Source: Acidobacteriota bacterium (GTDB lineage Bacteria; Acidobacteriota; Thermoanaerobaculia; Gp7-AA8). From it: a stretch of DNA of 42,896 nt. The notes under the pieces are model-generated. The model was not told the origin of the DNA, ran no database searches, and saw only the letters and a program-made list of their open reading frames with translations. Made by a program: the position numbers and the translations under genes. Of the stretch, positions 26,960 to 34,503 are shown one piece after another. Where the stretch lies: the NCBI GenBank assembly GCA_003223635.1, contig QHVS01000046.1, positions 1-42,896 on the forward strand, given 5' to 3'. Position 1 is the first letter of the stretch. Each line of letters opens with the position of its first letter.

Positions 26960-28186
26960 ATGAAGCGTCTGATCATTCTCTGCACTGTCCTTTCTTTGGC
27001 GGCGTGTAAGGAACACGTGATGAAGACGGTCGCCAACGTCGCCGACGACATCAGCGCGCCGCTGGGCAAGCCGGGCAACGCCAAAGAGCGAGAAACACAG
27101 CGTTTCGATTCCCGCTGGCGGCAGCTTCAGAACTTCCGAGTCCAGCAGATCGCCCGTTTCAAGCAGTTAGCGGCACGGACCCAGCCACCGAAGCCGCTCA
27201 TCTTCGTCACGGGCGTCAAGGAAAAGTTCAAGGGACTCGACGCCATCGCCATCAACAACTCGCCCATCAACGTGCCGGTGACTGGAGATATCAGCGGCCC
27301 CTCGGTGTTGAAAGCGCAGGTCTATCTCGACCGCGTGCACTTCTCGGTCGGAGTGATCGACGGACGGTGGGGGAGAAACTCAGCGATCTCGACGTGGTGG
27401 TGGCAGCGCTCACACGGCATGGAAGCGACGGGCGACGTCGATGAGGCGACGTTCCGCTCGCTCGCCGCGGCGGCAGGGTTTCCAGACGCAGTGGTGCCGC
27501 ATCAGCTCACTGCGGATGATGTGAAGGGGCCGTTCGTGCACATTCCCGACGATGTGTACGAGCAGCAGAGGCTGGACTGCCTCTGCTATCAGTCGCTCCG
27601 CGAGAAACTGGCCGAAGAGTTTCATTCCGATGAGGACCTTTTCCCGGTGCTGAATCCCGGTGTGAAGGTCGAAGACCTGCAGGCCGGTCAGACCATCAAT
27701 GTGCCCAACGTTCGGCCGCCGCTCACCACCGATCAACACGACATCGCTCAGGTGGTCATCTCCATCGCGGGCAATTCGCTTAACGGCTTCGATGCGAACG
27801 GGAATCTCGTGTTCCACGCGCCGACGACGGTGGGCTCGCAGTACGACCCTTCGCCTGACGAGACGGTGAAAGTGGTGAAGATCTTCGATCACCCCACCTT
27901 CCACTACGACCCCACGCTCTATCACGAAGTTCCCGATTCCATGCCGGACGCGCATCTGAGCCCGGGTCCGAACTCGCCGGTAGGCGTGGTGTGGATAGCG
28001 CTCAGCAAGCAGCACTACGGGATTCATGGGACCAAGTCGCCGGACGAGATCGGATACGTCTCGTCGCATGGATGCGTGCGTCTGACCAACTGGGATGCCG
28101 CGGAGCTGGAGCGCCGGATCAGCGCGGGCGTGCTGGTCTCGTTCGTCGATACGAAAGGAGCCGAGGCCAAGGTGGCCAGGCGATGA
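26960..28186 (+). CDS. Lipoprotein L,D-transpeptidase (PG-binding domain + YkuD domain)
   Basis: Lipobox MKRLIILCTVLSLAAC. PG_binding-like VLKAQVYLDRVHFSVGVIDGRWGRNSAISTWWWQRSHGMEATGDVD. YkuD catalytic motif YGIHGTKSPDEIGYVSSHGCVRLTNWD. GGGAG lies ~7 nt upstream of ATG 26960. Confidence 0.85.
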   Translation: MKRLIILCTVLSLAACKEHVMKTVANVADDISAPLGKPGNAKERETQRFDSRWRQLQNFRVQQIARFKQLAARTQPPKPLIFVTGVKEKFKGLDAIAINNSPINVPVTGDISGPSVLKAQVYLDRVHFSVGVIDGRWGRNSAISTWWWQRSHGMEATGDVDEATFRSLAAAAGFPDAVVPHQLTADDVKGPFVHIPDDVYEQQRLDCLCYQSLREKLAEEFHSDEDLFPVLNPGVKVEDLQAGQTINVPNVRPPLTTDQHDIAQVVISIAGNSLNGFDANGNLVFHAPTTVGSQYDPSPDETVKVVKIFDHPTFHYDPTLYHEVPDSMPDAHLSPGPNSPVGVVWIALSKQHYGIHGTKSPDEIGYVSSHGCVRLTNWDAAELERRISAGVLVSFVDTKGAEAKVARR

Positions 28187-28192
28187 ACACGG

Positions 28193-28604
28193 TTACGCGG
28201 GCCGGCGGATCAGCCCAATCCCCAGCGTCACCACGGCGAGCGCCAGCACCACAGCGCCGACGTAGGCCAGGTTGATCATCGCGTTCGGCTTCGTGGCGTC
28301 GGGCGTCAGGACGGAAAAGAAGAACGCGACTGGCAGGATGATCGCGGCGGACGGGATGCCGGAGCGCACAAAGCGTTTCGCAGTCCGAGAGCGCCGCTTC
28401 ATCGACATATCGCAGGGGGATAAGGGCGAGGATGAGGAAGACGCCGGCGTGGGCGTGGCCGGCTCGCCAGAGATCCTGGCGAAGCTTGTTGGCCATGTAC
28501 TCAGGCGTTCCGATCAGCAGGGTGAGAATGCTGACCCCGCCTAACATTACCGTGGGAAGAATGACGAGCAGAAGACCTGCGATCAACCTCGATTCGCGGC
28601 TCAT
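28193..28604 (-). pseudogene. Small 4-TM membrane protein, apparently split by a 1-nt frameshift (alternatively two small ORFs)
   Basis: ATG 28604 with AGGAGG 6 nt upstream, overlapping the upstream TGA (ATGA): MSRESRLIAGLLLVILPTVMLGGVSILTLLI...HAHAGVFLILALIPLRYVDEAALSD. That frame then becomes Arg-rich nonsense, while the +1 frame reads ..KRFVRSGIPSAAIILPVAFFFSVL...INLAYVGAVVLALAVVTLGIGLI to a stop at 28193. Confidence 0.5.
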
Positions 28605-29077
28605 GTTGCTCCTCCTTTTGACTGGCGAGCATAGCTCGACTCGATGATCGCCTTCAGGTGCTGCTGTTTGGTGCGGACGAACCAATCCATGTGCCGCTTC
28701 AGGAAAAGCGCGTCGGCGAGCCAGCCGAGAGGAGCTTGCCATTCGAGAGTGTCACGCATCAACGTCCCGCTCTGGTGGGGATGGAACTCGTGAATGTGCG
28801 TGAGCGAGTAAAACGCGCCGTGCACCATCTCATCCACGAAGATGTGAGGTGGCTCGACCTGGATGATCTTCGTGGTGAAGCGATGCCGGGCGCCAAAGTG
28901 GCGGCTCTCGAAGGTCACCAGATCGCCGAGCTCGAGGAGCCCTGACATTCGTCCCGGCTCGACCAGGCGCTCGCCGGAAAACGCAGCGCTCTTCGCATGA
29001 ACGGCAACATCGCGAGCGAGTTCGAAGCAGAGCTCCACCGGCGCTCGAATGACCGTGTCGATGACGATCCGGGTCAC
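28601..29077 (-). CDS. SRPBCC-superfamily protein (polyketide cyclase/dehydrase-like, START fold)
   Basis: MTRIVIDTVIRAPVELCFELARDV...GDLVTFESRHFGARHRFTTKIIQVEPPHIFVDEMVHGAFYSLTHIHEF. GTG 29077 overlaps the upstream TGA (GTGA). Confidence 0.7.
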   Translation of the reverse strand: MTRIVIDTVIRAPVELCFELARDVAVHAKSAAFSGERLVEPGRMSGLLELGDLVTFESRHFGARHRFTTKIIQVEPPHIFVDEMVHGAFYSLTHIHEFHPHQSGTLMRDTLEWQAPLGWLADALFLKRHMDWFVRTKQQHLKAIIESSYARQSKGGAT

Positions 29078-30360
29078 GCGACCGCGGCGCGCAGCATGTC
29101 GGTCGACACGCCGGGACTCTTCAGGTTGCCCAGCAGGGTCAGGGAGAGCGAAGCTGGATCGACGATGATCCGGGCAACCTCCTGGATGTCGTCGAGCGTC
29201 ACCGCCTCGATCTGCCGAATGATCTCGTCCGGAGTGAACTGCCGGCCGAAGTAATACTCCTGTCGGACGATCCCCGACATGCGACTGACGGTCGATTCGA
29301 GCGAGAGGAGGATCGATCCCTTCAGGTGCAGTTTCGCTGCGCCCAGCTCCTCGGGCGTCGCGCCGCGCTGCTTGATGGCCCGCATCTCGTCGAGGGTCAG
29401 ATCGAGGACGCGCTTCAAATTGCGCGGCGCGCAGGCCGCGTACACCGCCTCATATCCGCCGTTGAGATAGCCGTTGTGATACGACATCACCGTGTAGACC
29501 AGGCCCTCTTTCTCCCGGATCCTCTGGAAGAGGCGTGATGACATTCCGCCGCCGAGGATGCCGTTGAAGAGCGCCGCGGCAAAGCGTTCGTTTCCCTGTT
29601 GAGGAAACCCGCGCGATCCGAGACAGAGATGCACCTGCTCCAGCTCGCGCTTCGCCCGGAGCATGACGTGTTGATTCGGCAGCGGAGCCGGCCAGTCGCG
29701 GCGCTGCGGCATGCGGTCGTCCGCGGGGAACGACTTCTCCAGGAAAGGGATCAACTGCTCGGGACGCACGTTCCCTGAGGCGCAGAAGATCATGTTCGCG
29801 GGATGGAACGTCTCGGCGTAGTGGGCCAGGATCTGATCCCGGCCCAGGCGAGTGACTGTGTCCGCTGTTCCGAGAATCGGGCGTCCCAGCGGATGGTCGG
29901 GCCAGAACGCCGTGACGAAAATCTCGTGCACCAGGTCGTCCGGCGTGTCCTCCACCATCTTGATCTCTTCCAGGATGACCGACCGCTCCGATTCGAGATC
30001 TGCCTGCGAGAATCGCGGCGAGACGACGATATCCGTTAGAAGATCGAGCGCCGTGTTCACCTGTTCATCGAGCACATGAGCGTAGAACGAGGTGTACTCC
30101 TTGCCGGTGAAGGCGTCGACATCGCCGCCCAGGATGTCGATGATCCGGGCGATGTCGCTTGTCGATCGCGTCGCCGTTCCCTTGAACACCAGGTGCTCCA
30201 GGAAATGCGACGCCCCTCCGTGCTCCTCCGACTCGACGGCTGATCCGCTGCGGAGGTAATACCCCAGCGCCACCGAGCGGACGTAGGGGAGAGTCTCGAT
30301 GAGGATCGTCAGGCCGGAGGGAAGGACATGACGGCTGACCGTCGCCAGTTTCGAGGCCAC
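29074..30360 (-). CDS. M16-family (pitrilysin/insulinase-like) zinc metallopeptidase
   Basis: Inverted zinc motif HFLEH in GGASHFLEHLVFKGT, downstream Glu region, two-domain length (428 aa). GTG start. Confidence 0.9.
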   Translation of the reverse strand: MASKLATVSRHVLPSGLTILIETLPYVRSVALGYYLRSGSAVESEEHGGASHFLEHLVFKGTATRSTSDIARIIDILGGDVDAFTGKEYTSFYAHVLDEQVNTALDLLTDIVVSPRFSQADLESERSVILEEIKMVEDTPDDLVHEIFVTAFWPDHPLGRPILGTADTVTRLGRDQILAHYAETFHPANMIFCASGNVRPEQLIPFLEKSFPADDRMPQRRDWPAPLPNQHVMLRAKRELEQVHLCLGSRGFPQQGNERFAAALFNGILGGGMSSRLFQRIREKEGLVYTVMSYHNGYLNGGYEAVYAACAPRNLKRVLDLTLDEMRAIKQRGATPEELGAAKLHLKGSILLSLESTVSRMSGIVRQEYYFGRQFTPDEIIRQIEAVTLDDIQEVARIIVDPASLSLTLLGNLKSPGVSTDMLRAAVA

Positions 30361-30384
30361 GAAAGGATTGTAAGCGGGAGCGAC

Positions 30385-30957
30385 CTACTCCCACTTCCTG
30401 GCGGCAGCAGCGACCCGGGCGTCCCGCTCAGTCCGGTAGTCCAAGGCGGTATAGATCCACTGCTCGTAGCTGTCCGATCCGTTGAACGCCAGAAAGCTCT
30501 TTCCGACCTTGCTGGGCCTCACGCCGACGAATGGTCCGCCTGCATAATCCTTCATCGGGACGCCGGGAATGGGGGGTACGACAGCCGGCTGCACCCCCGG
30601 CACCGACCGGGGAGTGCTGACCGCCGACTGAGGGATGATCAGCCAGTCGACTTCTCCTGTCAGGGGATCGATGTAGCCGTCCTTTGGTCCCCGCAGGAAT
30701 CGCGGCTGTCGAGCGTCCGCGAGTTGGTTCATGCTCACCGGCCAGGTCTTGTGCTTGTCCTGAAAGGCGCTGATAGCGATGGCGTACTGCCTCATGATGA
30801 ACAGGGTCTGCTTGTCGCGATCGCGCTGCAGAATGGCGGACCACTGCCGGGGGACGGTGTAGGACACGAAGATCATCACGATCGTCAGCAGGACGATCAT
30901 GCCGGCGAGAGTGAATCCCCTCTGGCTTCGACTACCAGTCCTTGTAGGCGATGCCAT
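30385..30957 (-). CDS. Pilin-like protein with a degenerate prepilin N-terminus lacking Glu+5 (minor pseudopilin candidate)
   Basis: MASPTRTGSRSQRG|FTLAGMIVLLTIVMIFV: the Gly-Phe junction and hydrophobic helix are present, but position +5 is Gly. Start ATG 30957 is assumed (in-frame ATG 30990 and an unverified start at the ORF-track boundary 31053 are also possible). Overlaps the upstream gene by 26 nt. Confidence 0.55.
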   Translation of the reverse strand: MASPTRTGSRSQRGFTLAGMIVLLTIVMIFVSYTVPRQWSAILQRDRDKQTLFIMRQYAIAISAFQDKHKTWPVSMNQLADARQPRFLRGPKDGYIDPLTGEVDWLIIPQSAVSTPRSVPGVQPAVVPPIPGVPMKDYAGGPFVGVRPSKVGKSFLAFNGSDSYEQWIYTALDYRTERDARVAAAARKWE

Positions 30958-31441
30958 CGAGACCGACTCCGGTTGCGGTGCTGCGTACATCGATGATGCC
31001 GGGCGTTGCCGCCGCTTCCGGCGCGTTCGGATCGGTGGCCACCGTTGGATCATTCGGATCGGTGCTGGCCTGCACCTCTTCCCAATTGGCAGCCCCGGTC
31101 ATCGGATCCTTCGGGAGGTTGCGAAGGTAATGGTCCTGCTTGAGCGTGAGCAAGCTGTCCGGATACTTCTGCTTGTCGGCGAAGTAGTCATCGATGGCCT
31201 TGCGCATCTCGAAGAGATCGTGCTTGAGCGCCGCCTCGCGCGCCTTCTGCTGCGCGTATCGAACATTGGAAATGGCCACTCCGGCCAGGATGCCGATGAT
31301 GGTGACGACCACGATCAGCTCGATCAGCGTGAAGCCACGGCTCTTCGAACGATGAACGATGAACGATGAACGATGAACGTTCACCGGCCGTGCTGTGTTG
31401 ATCGTTCCGCGTTCATCGTTCATCGTTTTATTTCTCACCAT
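30932..31441 (-). CDS. GspG-like type II secretion / type IV pseudopilin (prepilin-type N-terminal cleavage/methylation domain)
   Basis: SRG|FTLIELIVVVTIIGILAGVAISNV, then QKAREAALKHDLFEMRKAIDDYF...LRNLPKDPMTG (GspG-like). No Cys. The start is ambiguous (ATG 31441, ATG 31423 or GTG 31384), and all candidates lie within or upstream of the heptamer hairpin. Confidence 0.8.
   Translation of the reverse strand: MVRNKTMNDERGTINTARPVNVHRSSFIVHRSKSRGFTLIELIVVVTIIGILAGVAISNVRYAQQKAREAALKHDLFEMRKAIDDYFADKQKYPDSLLTLKQDHYLRNLPKDPMTGAANWEEVQASTDPNDPTVATDPNAPEAAATPGIIDVRSTATGVGLDGIAYKDW
31346..31428. repeat. Heptamer-repeat hairpin, GAACGAT family, copy 1
   Basis: GAACGAT x4.7 (31347-31379), 18-nt loop, then complementary arm. 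31348-31378 pairs with 31397-31427 with three mismatched positions (31367, 31366 and 31375). 31401-31424 is identical to 37201-37224. Confidence 0.85.
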
Positions 31442-31929
31442 TCGTTGTAATGCGTCCTTCCATCCAGCGCGACGGCGGTTGATTTCGACCGCACTTCGAA
31501 GACGTTGTCGCCGCTGCGGATGGAGCTCGTGGGGTCATCGTTGTCGGACAGCGTGTCCCACTCGCTTTTGTTGGTCATCGGATCGATCAGATCGCGCTGC
31601 CGCAGCAGGCGCACGCTCTTGCCCGTGTTCAACTCGATTGGTTTGGTCAGCTCTTCCAGATTCTTGGGATAGTCGCGCTGGCCGAAGTCGGGTGGCTTCT
31701 TGATGTTGTTCGGGGGGTTGGCCATCCGCAGCTCATGATATCGATCGATCGCGTCGGTGAGTTTACGCAGCCGCTCGTGGAGCTCGAGCTCCTTCTGCCG
31801 GCGGATGCCGAAGCTGACCACCGGCACAGCCACCGACGCCAGAATTCCGATGATCGCCACGACGGTGATCAGCTCCGCGATCGAGAATCCCGACTCGCTG
31901 CTCGCACCCCGCGACCCGCCGTTTCTCAT
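31435..31929 (-). CDS. GspG-like pilin/pseudopilin (first and probably major subunit gene)
   Basis: MRNGGSRGASSESG|FSIAELITVVAIIGILASVAV with Glu+5. No Cys. C-terminus VRSKSTAVALDGRTHYNEW is paralogous to VRSTATGVGLDGIAYKDW of the next gene. ATG 31929 overlaps the secretin TGA (ATGA). Confidence 0.8.
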   Translation of the reverse strand: MRNGGSRGASSESGFSIAELITVVAIIGILASVAVPVVSFGIRRQKELELHERLRKLTDAIDRYHELRMANPPNNIKKPPDFGQRDYPKNLEELTKPIELNTGKSVRLLRQRDLIDPMTNKSEWDTLSDNDDPTSSIRSGDNVFEVRSKSTAVALDGRTHYNEW

Positions 31930-34397
31930 TCCACCTTGGCGCGACCTCCGGAGACGGCGGAGGCGACCACTTCGCCGCGGCCGTTCCTCAGGTCGGGGTT
32001 CTCCATCACCAGGTACGTCTCGCCGCTGATGCCACCCCGGACGCGCAGCGCGGCGATCTCGCCGCCGCTGTTGAACGCCAGGGGCTTGCCGTCGGATGAG
32101 CTGATCCTGATCGTTCCTTTGTCACGATCGATGATCACCGCCGGGGGCGTCTTCGGATCGAGCTTGATGGCCGGTCCGAACATGACCTCGCTGACATCGA
32201 TGGTGCGCGGATCGTAGTGCAGCATCAGTTGCGTCGTGGTCAGACCATCGAGATCCATCCCCACCACGTCCCACAGCTTCTCTTCGCCCGACTTGACCAT
32301 CAGTTTCACTGGCTGCGGCGCGATTCGCGGCGAGAGATTGCTGCTCGTGTCGACCGCCGCCGACTCGGTGCTGGCAGCCAGCGCCACATGCGACGCGCCG
32401 CTTGCCGGCGTCTGCAACTGCGCCTCCGGCTGGACGGGTGGCGGGGGCGGGGGCTGATTGTGGAACGGATCGCTGGGCGCAGTTCCCAGTGGTGGAGGCT
32501 GAGTTGGAACCGGACGCATCACATTGCCCGGTTCGCCGTCCGGCGCCAACGGCAAACCGGTTGCCGGATCGCGGCCGCTGAACTGAGTGGCGCCGCGCGG
32601 TGCGGCGAAGGGATCGGTGCCCGATTGCGATTCGAGCCGAGGAGAGAGACCGCGGAACGAAAGATTGCTCTGCGTTCCCACCCACAACGGTGCCAGATCA
32701 TCCTCGGTGATGTCCGGAATGCGGATGATGTGCGGCGTCATGGTCAGGATCAGATCCGTGCGCAAAGTGCCCTTGTGATTGGCCGTGAACAGCCGGCCGA
32801 TCACCGGAAGATCGCCCAGGAACGGCGTCTTCTGATTGGCATCTGTGTCGTTCTGCTGAATGAGACCGGCCAGGAAGTTCGTCTCGCCGTCTTTCAGACG
32901 GATCGTCGACTCGATCGTGCGCGTGGCAAAGGTCGGCTGCGGAGCCTGGCCGGCCACACCCGGAGCATCAGGCCCCTGGTTCGACACTTCGACGGTGAGC
33001 TTGAGCGTCACCTCGCGGTTGTGGTGGACGCGCGGCTCAATGGAAACCTTGATGCCCACGTCCTGGTACTGATACGACGTCACGGGCGCAAACGTGCCCG
33101 ATGTGGTCGTGCTCACGCTGGTGAAGGTGGACACCGGCACGGGGATGCGATTGCCGATATGGAGCGTCGCCTTCTCCCCCTCGGAGATCCGAAGTTCGGG
33201 GTTGGCCAGCAGTTGACTGTTGCTGATCGATTTCAGCGCAGCGTACGCCGCGTTCGGAATGGAGAAGCTGATCAATCCGCTGTTGATCCTTCGCAGGTCG
33301 TTGATCGTGCCGGCCGCCAGCGGGCTCGTTTTGCCGCTGGCGTCCGCCGTCATCGGCTGGATGATGCCGGGACTGGCCGTGCTGTATCCATTGACGACGA
33401 GGCCGAGGTCGCGGTTCTTGCTCAGATCGATCTGCAGGAGCTCGACGTCGACGACCACTTCCGCCTTGGCTTTGTCGTTGGCCTGAATGATCTTCTCAGC
33501 GATGCGCACTTTGTCCGCTGTGTCGCGGATGGTGATGGCATTGAGCGCTTTGAGGGGAAAGACGTTTCTGGCCTCAATCATGGTCCGGACGACGTTGGTG
33601 ACCTGCTCGGCGTCGCCGTTGGAGAGGTAGAAGGTGCGGATGACGAGGTCTTCGTAGTCGCGGCGAGCCTGCGGGTTGTCCGGGACGATGATGATGGTCC
33701 GCTCGTCGAGAACTTTGTAGAAGTGATTCGCGGCCTGCATCACGCGCTCCAGGGCCTGCTGGGCCGTGACGTCGCGCAGCTCGATGGAGATGCGATCGTC
33801 CTTGACCGCCTGATCGAAGAGAACGTTGATGCCGAACGCGTTGCCCAGCGCGCGATAGATATCCTTCACCGGCGTTTCGCGCGGGAAGGAAAGAGAGATT
33901 GGCTGCTGAGACGCCGGATTGAGTTGTGGCGGCTGGGCCTTGGTGATGCCCCTTGCCGATACCCGCCGCTTGAGCTCATCGATCGTGATGTTCTCCGTCG
34001 CGGCGCGGTTGGCTTCCTGGATCATGTTGACCGCTTTCTCCAGCTCCACGGCGGCGAACTGATTCGTTGAATCGAGCTTCACCGTGACTTCCAACTCCGT
34101 CGCGGCCAGTTGCGCCAGGCGAGTCTGTTCAGCGCCCTTGGCCGCCAGCGCCGCCGCACGAAGCGTTTTGCCCTTCTCGAAGTGGACGCGTGAAGCCTCG
34201 AGCCTGGCCCGGTTGAGGTTCATGCGATAACGCATGTTGTCGGGATCGATCTCCAGCGCCTTCTCGTATTGAATGACGGCCTCGTCCCAGTTTTTCTGCC
34301 GTTCGGCCGTGAGGCCCCTCTGATACGCGTTGAAGCTCACGCAGCCGGCGGTCAGTGTGAGAGCGAGCACCAGGCTCGTTGTTTTCAGTCGATTCAT
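31926..34397 (-). CDS. pilQ: Secretin (PilQ/GspD family) lipoprotein with N-terminal TPR and a C-terminal Pro-rich linker plus cohesin-like domain
   Basis: Lipobox LALTLTAGC, TPR-like WDEAVIQYEKALEIDPDN. Secretin core LLANPELRISEGEKATLHIGNRIPV...YQYQDVGIKVSIEPRV...IRLKDGETNFLAGLIQQ...TPFLGDLPVIGRLF...DLILTMTPHIIR. About 260 extra C-terminal residues follow. Confidence 0.9.
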   Translation of the reverse strand: MNRLKTTSLVLALTLTAGCVSFNAYQRGLTAERQKNWDEAVIQYEKALEIDPDNMRYRMNLNRARLEASRVHFEKGKTLRAAALAAKGAEQTRLAQLAATELEVTVKLDSTNQFAAVELEKAVNMIQEANRAATENITIDELKRRVSARGITKAQPPQLNPASQQPISLSFPRETPVKDIYRALGNAFGINVLFDQAVKDDRISIELRDVTAQQALERVMQAANHFYKVLDERTIIIVPDNPQARRDYEDLVIRTFYLSNGDAEQVTNVVRTMIEARNVFPLKALNAITIRDTADKVRIAEKIIQANDKAKAEVVVDVELLQIDLSKNRDLGLVVNGYSTASPGIIQPMTADASGKTSPLAAGTINDLRRINSGLISFSIPNAAYAALKSISNSQLLANPELRISEGEKATLHIGNRIPVPVSTFTSVSTTTSGTFAPVTSYQYQDVGIKVSIEPRVHHNREVTLKLTVEVSNQGPDAPGVAGQAPQPTFATRTIESTIRLKDGETNFLAGLIQQNDTDANQKTPFLGDLPVIGRLFTANHKGTLRTDLILTMTPHIIRIPDITEDDLAPLWVGTQSNLSFRGLSPRLESQSGTDPFAAPRGATQFSGRDPATGLPLAPDGEPGNVMRPVPTQPPPLGTAPSDPFHNQPPPPPPVQPEAQLQTPASGASHVALAASTESAAVDTSSNLSPRIAPQPVKLMVKSGEEKLWDVVGMDLDGLTTTQLMLHYDPRTIDVSEVMFGPAIKLDPKTPPAVIIDRDKGTIRISSSDGKPLAFNSGGEIAALRVRGGISGETYLVMENPDLRNGRGEVVASAVSGGRAKVE

Positions 34398-34404
34398 TCT
34401 GTAG

Positions 34405-34472
34405 GTCCTGTGTCCTGTGTCCTGTGTCCTGTGTCCTCAGAATTCAGGACGCAGGACTCAGGACGCAGGACT
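34405..34472. repeat. Heptamer-repeat hairpin, GTCCTGT family
   Basis: GTCCTGT x4 plus GTCCTCA (34405-34439), loop containing GAATTC, then CAGGAC-N x4 (34445-34472). Four stem blocks: three 6-bp GTCCTG/CAGGAC helices plus an innermost 5-bp GTCCT/AGGAC helix (34433-34437 with 34446-34450), separated by single T-G or T-T positions. Confidence 0.85.
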
Positions 34473-34503
34473 CTCATCTTTTGACGCTCGTCCAAAATAA
34501 ATG

